A DNA stretch of 64,000 nt, taken from the NCBI GenBank assembly GCA_001643675.2, contig LSRY02000001.1, positions 1,798,001 through 1,862,000 on the forward strand. The letters are read 5' to 3'. The DNA is from Monocercomonoides exilis PA203. Taxonomy: Eukaryota; Protista; Preaxostyla. The notes under the pieces are model-generated. The model saw only the letters and a list, made by a program, of their open reading frames with translations, did no database searches and was not told the origin of the DNA. Shown one piece after another: positions 14,210-26,152 of the stretch. How positions within the stretch are numbered: the stretch's first letter is position 1; each line of letters starts with the position of its first letter. The position numbers were made by a program, and so were the translations under genes.

Positions 14210-14646
14210 TTATTACCTAATTTATGAAAATGTTCGTGTTTTTAATCACCGTAATTGATGATATATTTTTATGTTGGTTTAGTGAAAGAGTGAAAAATGA
14301 ATGATAATATCGAAGTCTTTCTAGATTTGTTGTATTTATGTAATAAACTGATAAAAAACATGAAGTCAAATTACCATTGCAGTTACAAATAATTGATCAA
14401 TATATTTCTCTTTCATGGTTTTTTGACCCAACATCACATTATTAAAAATCAAAAACAGGTATTTCTTCATATCAAATTGAAATGAAAAGTTGAGAAAAGG
14501 ATAAATAGAGCTTAATGAAAATCTATTATTAAATATTAATGTCAATTAAAATTATTTTTAATTCTTAAAGAAATTCCAATTTCTTTTCTTGACATGATCA
14601 TGTTCTACTAAATCATGTCAATGGATTTCTTTTTTAAAAAACACTC

Positions 14647-17455
14647 ATGACAAAGAATGAGACTCTTTCAAACATTGTGGACATTAACATTATGAACGCG
14701 CTGGAGCAAAAGTATTATCAGCCATGTGGATTGATAGAATTAAGCAACCTTCTGGAGACAAAGATAAAATTAAAATCATCGACATTAGATGTACTGCTAA
14801 TTGGAAGTCACAGTGCAGGAAAATCTTCATTTATTAATTGGTATACAGGGAAAAAAGTTCAAGCAACGGGCGTAGGAATGGAAACTGCAAAAATAGAATT
14901 CATTCGATTTGGGGAAAAAGAATGCATTTTGAATGGAGAAAGCACAATTAGAAAGATCGACTCTGCTCATAGTCTTGAAGGTATTGGAAATATTGAAGGT
15001 TATATTGAAGCCCACATATGTAACTCATCTGAAAAATGCTTCTCAAAATTAACATTTATTGACACACCTGGACTTGTTGACGGGCATCTACAATATCCTT
15101 TTGATATTGAAGAAAGTATTAGAAGATTGAGCCGAACAGCCGATTTGATTTTTGTTTTTTTCGAACCATTTGGGCAAACATTGTGTGAAAGAACTATGAA
15201 TACGATATGTTTATTAGAAAAAGAAGGAATGGGACCAAAAATGCATTTTATTTTAAATAAAGGAGATTTGGTATGAATTTCTATTCGCACATCTTGTTGC
15301 ATAGTCAATTTTTTTCACAAACAAAATGAAAACCGAACCTTTTCCTTTGCAGATGAAGCGCCAGCGCGACCGAGACAAAGTCCTTGTGCAGATGACGCAC
15401 AACATCGGCCACTCGATCCAGGCGAAAGGGCTGTGGTTTGTGGTGTGCTGCATCCCCGGCTGCTGCGACAGCGAGTACTCGCGGTTCTGCGACAACTGCA
15501 TCGACGTGGTGCTGAAGGAGATCGAAGTCGGGCTGGACGGAGTGAGCAGCGACCGGGTGACGCAGGCGATGTCGGACGCGACGCGAGTGAGAAACGAGTG
15601 CGAGCGGCGACTGAGAGAAGAAAAGGAGAGAGAAAAGACGAGCCGGAGAAAGAAAGGGCGGGACGCCACCTGCGGAATTATGGCGGGAATTTTTGGCGTG
15701 CTTTTTTTGCTGGCGAGTGTGCTGTGTGGGCTGGGTGCGTTTGGCTCTGTGAATGGAATTAGCAGCAGCAGTGACAACAACAACAGAGGAAGTGCAGCCT
15801 ATCAAAACAGCGGAGTTGCTTCGAACCTCCTCCGCTTCATAACAGCAGACACAGGGGGAATCAATGAGAAGATGAAGCAATCACAATCACATTCACATTC
15901 ACAAACACAAACGCAAACACATTCTCCATTCATTTCTTGGCGGCGGTTGCTGCTGCCTTCTGTGAAGTTGGCTGAGTATAGTGCGAAGCTGCTGCAGATG
16001 CTGTTTTTTGCGTCCGACCAGCCGGATGAGCTTGGGCCGTCGGCTTATTCAACACCCACGTCGTCAATGTCGGCAGTTTCATACGAGCCATCAGAAGTGG
16101 CTTCTTCTTCTTCTCTTTCTTCTCCTCCTCCTTCTTCTCCTTTTTCTTCAATATCTTCTTCACAAACAAGCTACATTGCGTATTTGGAGAGGCAGCTGAA
16201 GGAGAAGATGGAGAAGAAAGCGGATGAAGAAGACTACCCAGCCAGCTCAAACACATTTTTTGAGGCACAAAAAGAAGGAAAAAGCAGAAATAACCGAAAA
16301 GTTGCAGAAATAGCTGGAAATATAGGGGGAAAGGAAGAATTTGGGGATAAAGCAGCATATTCTGGATATTTTAAGAGGAATGAAGAAGAAGAAGAAGATG
16401 ATGAAGAAGAAGAAGAGGGAAAAGAAGGAGGAGGAGAAGAAATTGAAGATAAAGAAATTGAAACAGAAAAGCACATCAAAAATTCACCAATAAGCTTTCC
16501 AAAGACAACTTTAACCCAGAAAAATGCAGTCAGAGAAGAGAGAAAAGAAGAAAAACAAGAAAAAACAGAAGAAAATTTCAAAGTGAGATTTCTGAATGAA
16601 AACTTGGATGTTCGTGCTCTGAAATGGAGCTGTGTTATGCTTGGGGTATTTGGAGTGGTTTTGATTGGGCTGATGTTTGCTGCTTTGAAGTCTGGCTCTG
16701 AAGAAGAAGAAGAAGAGGAAGAAGAGGAGGAAGGAGAAGAAGAGGAAGAAGAAGAGGAAATAAATAATAGAGATGATTATATTGAAAGAATGGAGAGAGG
16801 AGAAAGAGGAGAAAGAGAAAGAGAAAGAGAAAGAGAAAGGGCAGTTTTTGGAAGTTACTCAAAATACAGAGCAAAAAATACACTGAACATTCAAAAGACC
16901 CAAAAAGAGAAGAAGAAGAAGAAGAATCAGAGGAAGAAGAGAAGGCAAAGAAGGCTTTCAAAATCTGAAAGGAAAATGATGGAGCAGTTTGTGAAAGGAG
17001 GGTATGTGAGTCTGATGGCAGAGCTTGAGCAGATGCGACGGGAGATTGAGACGAAAGAGCACAGATTGTCTTCTGTGATGAGAGGAAAGAAAATTCCTAC
17101 TGCTTTTGCTGCTGCTTCTTCTTCTTCTTCTTCTTCTTCTAATGCTTTTTCTTCTTCTGCTTATGCTTCTTCCTCATCTTTCCCTAAATCATCATCATCT
17201 TCTTCTTCATCTTCATCTTCTTCTTCTTCTTCCACACCAAATTACTCTCCCATCTTCGAAGTTATTCCTCCTTCTTCTTCTCTCGATGACTTCAACAACA
17301 CCCAAAATCTGCCGATAAACAGCAGCATCAGCAATAACGTTCAGAGCGAAGAATCAGAAGAAGATAGCGCTTCGCTTTCGCCTCGGTTGTCTGAGAATTC
17401 TTGTGATTCTTCACCTGCCTCTGCCTCTGCCTCTGCCTCTGCTTCTGCTTCTTCC

Positions 17456-17490
<35 letters not shown>

Positions 17491-17914
17491 CTCTCTTCAT
17501 TCTCCTCATTCTCCTTCTCCTCGTTCTTCTTCTTCTTCTTCTTCTTTCTCTTTCTCGTCTTCTCCTTCGTCATTTTCCGCTTCGTCTCAAAGCTCGCACG
17601 AAGTGACTGGGAATTTCCTTCCGACCGTCGAAGAAATCTCCAGAAATGTCGAAAAAACAGCTATTTCTCCGTTCTCTCAGCAGGAAAAAATCGATTCATT
17701 GCCCATCAGCCCGAGGAGAACACAAAACAGAGAAGAGTTGAAACTTGATTTTGGTTCAAAGCGCTCGCTTTCAGAAAGCTTCAGCGGAGAGAAAGAGATC
17801 ATTGCGTTTGAGCGAAAAGGCGGAGGAATTGTGGAAGAAAGAGATGCAGATGTATCTACACATTCAACTCAAATGTCAAGAATTGGCGCAAAAGCAAAGA
17901 GAAGACACAAGTGA
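14647..17914 (+). CDS. Dynamin-superfamily (EHD/Dynamin_N-like) GTPase with hydrophobic segments and long low-complexity tail; intron 15271-15352; about 1061 aa
   Basis: G1 GSHSAGKS, G3 DTPG, G4 NKGD. A GTATGA...TGCAG intron joins ORFs 14647 and 15326 in frame. Confidence 0.85.
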
Positions 17915-18079
17915 ATGTGCATAACGATATTTTTTATTGTATTTTGTTTATGCGTTTTCTTATTTTTTATTCACCTCCAAAAAAACACAACATCTTCAAA
18001 TAATTAATGTGATGGTATAGATCCATAATGATCTTGATACCCTTAAAACTAAATCTTTATTCAAACAACATATTTCGCA

Positions 18080-18454
18080 ATGAGTTCTCAATGCCAAATG
18101 GAAGGAGCATGGGGGCATGATATTGACAGACCAAGTGTTTCCATCAAGTGTGACTTTATTTGTTTGAAAAAATCGATTTATTTGAGTTCTTTTCGCGAAA
18201 TATTCAAAAATTATTATAAAAAAATCACAATTCAACACAATTTTCAATTAATTCGATAAAAAATTTCCAAAACTATAAAATAAACTTGCAGGCAACCACC
18301 AGGAGGTAGAAGCAGCATTTCCTTTGGGGACGATAGCAGCAGCACGTGGCCGGAACCAAAGGGAAAGCCAAAAGTTGTTACTCCGGGATCTGTCCAAGAA
18401 CCACAACCTGCAACAAGTGCAAGACCCCAACAACGCTCAACTCGTCCTTGGTAA
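18080..18454 (+). CDS. 76-aa SPIRAL1/Jupiter(HN1)-like PPGG-motif protein; intron 18148-18291
   Basis: Spliced product MSSQCQMEGAWGHDIDRPSVSIKQPPGGRSSISFGDD...RPW*. The GT...CAG intron falls inside the conserved motif and keeps the frame. Confidence 0.75.
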
Positions 18455-19017
18455 TATTTTTCCGAAAAATTTCTCTTTTCACGGCACAATATCAGCACAC
18501 GTTACACTTGCATACACTTCTTATTTTTCAATTCACTTCATCATTAGTTTTTTCTTCGTTAAATAGTATTTTTAAATTGGTTGATAGTTAAATATAATAC
18601 ACATAAAAACGAATTGTTTGAATTCTTATTCCAGTACAAGAAAGTATTTTCATAAAAATTTTGATCAACTTTTTATAAATGAAGTTTCTATTTAACTGAA
18701 CAATTACACATTATTAAATCTCGGCAATAAGCAAACATATCAGTAGAATGTGCAAAAAGTTATATTTTTCATATGAAACTCAACAGATAATTTGAATAGA
18801 TTATCAATTTACAAATTAACAGTCGATAAATCATATTGGGGTTAATGCAATTAAATAATAATTATTGTGTAGTTTTGTTTGGATTATTTCCTGATAAATA
18901 TAATTAATTTTGGGAAGTGTCCATATATTATATTATGGGTGAAATTTCATACTATAAATAGATTTTTCAGGTTTGTTTCATCATCTAATTGTTTTTAAAA
19001 AACAATATTAATTATAA

Positions 19018-19335
19018 ATGTCTGGACGTGGAAAAGGTGGAAAAGGAGGAAAAGGTATTGGAAAAACTGGAGCAAAGGGATATCGCAAGCTTCGTGATAA
19101 CATCCAAGGAATTACAAAACCAGCCATCCGTCGTCTTGCCCGCAGAGGAGGCGTGAAAAGAATCTCCAACCTTATCTATGATGAAACAAGAATCATCTTG
19201 AAAATGTTCCTTGAAGGAATCATTCGTGATGCTGTGACATACACTGAACATGCCAGAAGGAAGACAGTTACCGCAATGGATATTGTCTACTCACTTAAAC
19301 GCCAAGGAAGAACACTTTATGGATTTGGCGCATAA
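19018..19335 (+). CDS. H4: Histone H4 with divergent N-tail
   Basis: [33 protein letters not shown] and TLYGFG motifs; intronless. Confidence 0.98.
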   Translation: MSGRGKGGKGGKGIGKTGAKGYRKLRDNIQGITKPAIRRLARRGGVKRISNLIYDETRIILKMFLEGIIRDAVTYTEHARRKTVTAMDIVYSLKRQGRTLYGFGA

Positions 19336-19397
19336 TCAAAAAAAAAAATTTTTTTTTTTTATATAAAAAAGACATTTCACATATTTTTCGTTAATTT

Positions 19398-19412
19398 CGT
19401 GGTTTAACCACG
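19398..19412 (+). promoter_or_regulatory. Possible histone mRNA 3' stem-loop
   Basis: cgtggt-tta-accacg hairpin about 63 nt after the H4 stop, in an AT-rich UTR; not the metazoan consensus. Confidence 0.35.
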
Positions 19413-19713
19413 CTGTTTTATTAAATTAGAAGACTGTAATTCAAAAATCAAACTTTTAAGTATTTTTTCATTAATAAATGATTTATTACCAAAATGCAAA
19501 ATACTGAAAACAACTCTTTGTTTAAAGGATTTTGGTAGAAATTTATTTCTTTTGTTTTTTTCTTTATTTTCATATTTTTAGAATTTTTAAAAAAGGATTT
19601 TTAAGCTACATATATTACTCTTTTGATTAGAAAGAAAAAAGTTAAAGAAGATAAAACAGAAAAGAAAGATAGATAAATTAAGTGACGTGTGTGTGAATGA
19701 ATTGTATGTGATA

Positions 19714-22700
19714 TTAATTAAGAAGGTGTGATCTCTCTGACATTTGACTTTCGTGTGTGTCTGAGTTCAATCCTGCAATATCAGGATGTGGAGATGTATG
19801 AGAATATGTTGAGCGGCTTTCTTGTTGGTATGGCACAAGATGAAGAGTATTTCCATCTGCATAGCTTGGAGAGGAGCTCTTCTCCATTTCACGAGCAGCA
19901 TCAAAGTGATTGACATCTTGTCCGTACAATATCTCTCTCGCTGTCTTTGTGTAGATTTCGCCGGCCGGGAAACCCATCCATTCATTCCATTCCTGCGCCG
20001 TGTATGTTTGCTTCTTCGCAATTGCTTTTGCATACTTCTTCATCGACTTCTCTGTCATTGGCTCTTGCTCTGGCTCATCCGTCTCCACTGCATCCTCCAA
20101 CATCTGGTCAGTCATATCGTTCTCGTCCCTCGTCGCCTTGCACCTCTTCCCAGGGAACCAGTTCGCCCTGCCCAGAAGATTGCATATCGCAGGCACCAAA
20201 AACACACGGATGATAAACGTGTCCAGCAGCACCGTGAACACTAGCAGGAAGCCCATCTCCACCAGCACCACCATCTTCGAGAAGGTCAGCCCCGAAAACG
20301 CCACCGCCATCACCATCCCTGCCGCCGTGATGATCCCACCACTACGCGATGTAGCTTTGATAATAGCTGCCCTGTCTTTGTATCCCTGGTCTCTGTACTC
20401 TGCTATGCGGTAGAACAAGAAGATGTCATAGTCCAGCGCCAGGCCGATGATGAGGGAGTAGCCGTAGACAGGCACGAAGTAGTACAGCGAGTCGATCGTG
20501 CTGAGGAACGGGATCAGCCACGTGAGACCGTTGTACTGGAAGAGGATCGTCAGCATCCCAAACACCGTCACCATCGTCACGCCCAGCGAGAAGACAGTTC
20601 GCAGCGGAACCACAATCGAGCGGAAGATGACGCCCACAGCGAGAAACACGACCGCCAAAGAGATGCAAATGGCGATGGGGAGGATTTTGTAGATCACACG
20701 CACTGAATCGCCCTGTGTGACTGACATCCCGTTGAACCCGATTTTCATCCCTTCGGACGACACAATCGGGAAGTGCACACCCGATGGCTCAGACTTCTTC
20801 TCTGTGGCTGATGAATACACAGCCAGCGGAGAATGAGATGTGGAAGAAGAAGAAGCAGAAGCAGAAGCAGAATTAGCATCAGCATCAACATCATTGACAA
20901 TGTCCAGTGTGAAGTGCATCGTTCCGTTCAGCCCACTTGCAATGCTGCTGTTTCCAGCGCCCAGCAGCAGTCGTCGCTGCTTCTCCAACTGCGTATCTGT
21001 TGGAGTCTTTGGCAGCTTCGGTGGTTTTGGTCTCGGGTGCTCCTTCAGATAGTCCTCGGCAAACTGGTACAGGTCAGGCAGGATGTTGAATGCCTCTTCG
21101 CTCATCGAGTCGAAGATCGTGTTGATGGCAATGATCAGCGACGCGTTCTTGTCCACCGGCGACACATACTGCTCGTGCGCCACCAGATACGCCTCACACC
21201 CTTCCTGCTCCAAAACCTCGCAATTGTCGTTGATTGCGTTCTCAGCGATGGTGAATGGCACAGCCGCCTCGTTCGCCACCACAGCCGACATCACCCCGTC
21301 CTTCTTCACCATGTTCGGGAACTTATCCACCAGCGCCATTGCCAGGTCGTACGCGTAGCTGAAGAACTCCGCGTTCCACGTGCCGCCGCACTGCGACGCG
21401 TCCAGCACCATCTGGATCGGCTGGATGACTCCAGGGGGAAAGTCCCTCCCGAGCTCTCGGTACAGCAGCAGCGAGTGCGAGCCCTGCGCCAAAATCTCTG
21501 TGTTGTCGAGCGACTGCTTCATGTACCCGACGTAGAACACGCAAAAGGGAGTGGCACACAGAAGAATCACCACACACAGCACAATCGACCACTTTGTCTC
21601 TGTCGTCCACTTCACAAGGCGGAACCACTTCTGCTTGTTCTGAATCTTCAGCAGCGCTAGCGTGTACGGATCGTGCAAGTCTGCTGGCGAAGGAGAGGGG
21701 GAAGGAGAAGGAGAAGGGGAAGGTGTAGGGGTCATGGAAGGTGCAGCAGAAGCAGAAGAAGAAGCAGAAGCAGCGGCATTGCCTGTTTCAAGCGATGAAT
21801 TTGGCGTAGTCGTCGAAGCAGCAGTCTCCATTGGTGTTCCGTCGTATGCTCCTCCACTTTCCTTTTCAATGGTAATGGCTGCTGCCCCAGCCCCAGCTCC
21901 ACCTGCTGCTTGAGCTCTGGCGTACTCTTCGCACTCCTTCAGGGCTTCCTGGTAGACGTCAGACTCCATCACGATCTCTCTCTTCGTTTTGAACGGCTCG
22001 AAGCCGAACATCCGCCAGCCCTTCGCGTGGCAGCAGCGGAACTTGCTCCAAAACGAGCCGAAGCCCAAATACGAGAAGTTCGCGAAAAACTTCGGGAAGA
22101 GGAACAAAAACGAAGGGATTGCAGTGATGTTCACGATCAGGTTGACCAGCGTGGCTATCGCAGACGCCAGGCCAAGGGCAAACAGCATGTTGTTGTTCAA
22201 GAACATGTTGCTGAGGAATGCCACTGTCAGAATCGAGCCGGACAGGCAAATGATTCTGCCTGCAAACTTCGTTAGAGTGTGTACTGCTTTGCCCAGAGTG
22301 GCTCCTTTCTGCACCTCTTCGCGGAAGCGTGACAGAAGAAAAAGAGAATAGTCGATCGACAGCGCAAGGCAGATTGAAAGCATCACTGACGGTGCAAACG
22401 TAACCATATCTCTGTGAAGTGCAATGGGCCAGACGATAAGAAACGATGTTGTGACGGCGCATACAGTGCAAAAGACTGTAATTAGTATTAATCTCACGGA
22501 TTTCAGCATGATGATCAAAATTACGAGAGCGATCGGAATGCAAACAGTATCCATCACTGATAAGTCTTCGACAATGTCTGAAATTTTACATTGATAAAAA
22601 AATAAAAATATAATCTTTCTTGCTGTAAAATATCTCGCAAACTTTGTCTAACATTAACTAAAAACTCAGCGAGTCCGATCATATCGAAATCAAAGCTTTT

Positions 22701-23342
22701 CTTTTCGATGGCAGAACATCTTTTATCAACTTCGTCTCTCACAATCTTCGCAACAACAGCATAATCATCATACAGAGCCTTTCCAGAAGATTCAATTTGA
22801 AACATCATTAATGTTCCATTTTTGCTCGGCTTTGCAAGAAATATATCTTGAACTCTGGAATTATCATATAAATAATAACCCTTTGGTTTTGCATGAACAA
22901 TTGTATGGTTATTTTCGCGTTCATATTTTTCAATTTCAACTGTAACATTGGTTTCAACATCTCTTATACACGGGATATCCAAAACAGATGATTTGTCCTT
23001 ATTATGGAAGTATGCATATGCGTTAGACTCGCTTGCAGATCTTGGATAAAATTGATTCATTGTTTTCTTGTTTTCATAACTTTGAGTTCCTGATGGCGCG
23101 TCAAGAGAATTAACAGTTCTTAAAAAATGATAAAAAATCGAATAAAATTTATATCATCAATGTTCATAATTTAAACATCTTTAAAATTGAAATCGGAATG
23201 CTCGGAGTGATTAAACAAACACTTTGAAAAGCTGAAATCCATATAATGCTCCAAATACAGCGCAAAGAAGCCAAAATACAAGAATAGCAGCTTTAAATTT
23301 GTAAATAAATTTTATATATCGGTCAAAAAGGTTAAACTTCAT
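19714..23342 (-). CDS. MMPL/RND-family membrane transporter, about 1153 aa; introns 23119-23220 and 22578-22642
   Basis: Two TM bundles with SIDYSLFLLSRFREE and ALDYDIFLFYRIAEYR...SGGIITAAG motifs. Exons of 122, 476 and 2864 nt give a continuous frame that includes the N-terminal TM. Confidence 0.9.
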
Positions 23343-23723
23343 TTAAAAGATCACTGCCCATAAACTAAAACAATAATAGATTTAGGAAAATTATGGATAA
23401 ATAAATATTTTCAACAAAAAATGTGTTACGTGAAATTTTCACTGTGACTGCAGTCAGTGTGTTTTGAAAATATCAGGCGCTTTTTCTTTTTCTTTTTCTT
23501 TTTTTTTTTTAGTGGTGAATAAATTGTATATGAAGTGTTTGAAGTTCAATGATTTACATTTGATTCGTTTTGTTTTTCAATTGACAAAAATAATAATACG
23601 GTGAAGCTCGGATATTATCACAATCCATTTTGCAAAATTTTTTTGTGATTATGACCCAACTTGATTATTACCGAAAATGTTTTTTCATTGATTTTTTTTT
23701 TTTTTTTTTTTTTTCGAAGATAT

Positions 23724-23979
23724 GTGTGATTATTTTTTAAAAAAAACAACTTTTATTGGGTTGCAAATTTTTCAAAATTTGCTTGTCATTGAAAAGAGAT
23801 TTTGAATTCATTGCTTAATTTATCACAACTGTTTTGAGATAAAGCAAATCAGTTGAAATCAATATTCAAATGTCTTTATTGAGCCTTTTCACTCTGTAGT
23901 GATCATTAATGCATATTCAAAGGAAATTCTTGAATAGAAAATTTTGAATGAAAAAATATGACTTCAAAAATAATCACTC
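23724..23979. mobile_element. 256-bp MITE of the gggtgattattttt family, ATAT TSD
   Basis: atat|gtgtgattattttt ... aaaaataatcactc|atat. Confidence 0.8.
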
Positions 23980-24078
23980 ATATAGAAAGAAAAAAGTTCA
24001 TTGAAACATTGGATATTGACATTTTTTTTTTTGAAAATGTGCAGATTTTTATAAATGTTGACTTTTTTCTTTCTATAT

Positions 24079-24332
24079 GAGTGATTATTTTTGAAGTCAT
24101 ATTTTTTCATTCAAAATTTTCTATTCAAGAATTTCCTTTGAATATGCATTAATGATCACAACAGAGTGAAAAGGCTCAATAAAGACATTTGAATATTGAT
24201 TTCAACTGATTTGCTTTATCTCAAAACAGTTGTGATAAATTAAGCAATGAATTCAAAATCTCTTTTCAATGACAAGCAAATTTTGAAAAATCTACAACCC
24301 GAAAAAAGAAAAAATTTCATAAATAATCTCTT
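24079..24332. mobile_element. 254-bp MITE, inverted twin of 23724-23979
   Basis: atat|gagtgattattttt ... aaataatctctt|atat; 23767-23997 vs 24061-24291 shows one mismatch. Confidence 0.8.
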
Positions 24333-24769
24333 ATATTTATAGATGTTCGAAAAAATGTGATCATTTGCTGCCTTGATAACAACCGAGGTGATTATTGACG
24401 AGCTTCAATGATCATATATTTCGATTTGAACTGATTTCTGTGATGGGATTTGTTTTTCTGACTTGCCAAAAGCATAAGGAAAAGTCTTCAATTTCAAAAA
24501 AAAGATTGAAATATAATCGCGATCAATCAAAAAAAATTTTTTTTCAAATTTATCAAAGCCATCGTTTCATCTTTCTTTCGATTTTTTCATTAAAATATAA
24601 TATCTGTGTATCTCTTTTAGAAGAGCCTAAAATGTTTAACACAACAGTGGAATAAAACTTATGATTTTATTGTTCCTTCCAGAAAAAAATTAAATATTTT
24701 TGTTTTAAATGAATAGACAGTCAAAACCTGATTTTATCACATCGAATATAATCGCAGGCATGAACATAT

Positions 24770-25027
24770 AGGTGATTATTTTTTAAATCAAACATTTTTT
24801 CGGGTTGCGAATAATTGCATTATTTTTATCGTTTGTTCCGAAATAATTTATCAGAAGCTCTTTGCATATTTGTGATGGCTAAACACAATGAAAAAGATAT
24901 GAAAATGAAAAAGTGAAACACTTTAGATGAGTTTACTATCACTTGGATATTTTAATTTCATTTTTCAAATACATTTTTTTTATCGAATTTTTTGATCGAA
25001 AAAGTTTGAAAACAATAATAATCACAC
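24770..25027. mobile_element. 258-bp MITE of the same family
   Basis: atat|aggtgattattttt ... aataatcacac|atat; shares the subterminal ttttcgggttgc motif. Confidence 0.75.
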
Positions 25028-25031
25028 ATAT

Positions 25032-25271
25032 GGGTAATTATTTTTGAAAAGTCGCAAATGTTAAATTTTCATTTAAATCAAAAAATGCATATTTTAATAA
25101 AATATTTGTCCAAGAGCATCAAACTTCACTTATATGGAATATATTTCTTGATAATGCTATTTCACACATTCTAAAGAAGATTCGTGAGTTAAAACAGAAA
25201 TTTGAGCGAAAAATGCAATTTTTGTTTTATTTGAAAATTAAACATTTGCGACTTTTCAAAAAGAATTACCC
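25032..25271. mobile_element. 240-bp related MITE with about 60-bp TIRs
   Basis: atat|gggtaattatttttgaaaagtcgcaaatg ... catttgcgacttttcaaaaagaattaccc|atat. Confidence 0.85.
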
Positions 25272-25277
25272 ATATAT

Positions 25278-25420
25278 GGGTGATTATTTTTGAAATCATA
25301 ACTTTTTCGGGATGTTAATCATTATGATAATTCATTATCATTTACAATATATTTTTCATTCAAATTTTAAAAAATTTTCATATTGTTTCTAAAGCCCTGT
25401 TTGATTAGAAAAAAATGAAT
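25278..25420. mobile_element. Truncated MITE, left end only
   Basis: gggtgattatttttgaaatcataactttttcggg matches the start of the 12277 element; no right TIR found. Confidence 0.65.
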
Positions 25421-26152
25421 AAAAATGTTTTTTTCGAATGAAAAGAATATTGAGATATTTTCATTATGTGAGTTTGATTTTTCATCATTAATGTTTTTTA
25501 AAAAAATGAAGATGCCACTTCTGACTTCAAAAAAGAAGAATAATCATTCATAAAATATACAAACACAAAAAATAATAATGAATATATACAAAATGTGATG
25601 AACAGATAATCATAAAAAAGAGTTGTTTTTTGAAAATAAAATGAAAGAAAAACGGTTAATTCGCAAATATGAACAGAATCATCGCAAAAGAGAGCAACAA
25701 TATAACAAAAAATAAACATGGAATTACACAAAACGAAAAATGAAAGAATGATAAAATATTCAAGGTGTTTCTCATTGCACTGAAAATTGAAAATGCTGAT
25801 TATTCAAAATAAAAACACGGAAAAAGTAAAAAATAACAAAAATCTATCAAACATCACTGAAAAACAAAATTAAAATCAAAAAATGAAATAGCTGTACTGA
25901 TTCATGTTCTCGCCCTTCATGCAGAAGCGGATAGAAACTGAAAAACACATCTGAATCGAATAGACAATCATGCTGATTTCATTTTTCGCTCCCTCACTTG
26001 ACTGCACATCTTTCAAAATAAGCGTTGACTTGAAAGCATTCAAAGCATCTTTCCCAGTGTGTTGACAAATATTAACAATGCAAAGAAGTTCCGACGATTG
26101 CTTTAACGAAGCCAGGATGTGGAGCAATTGCTGCTCAAAGAACAACTCAGAC
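25420..26152. repeat. Conserved 3' flank shared with 60620-61357
   Basis: High identity by eye over about 730 bp downstream of both receptor-like gene stops. Confidence 0.9.

Noticed and set aside
15253-17606. Many antisense and alternate-frame ORFs
   Set aside because: Shadows of GC-rich or trinucleotide-repeat coding sequence.
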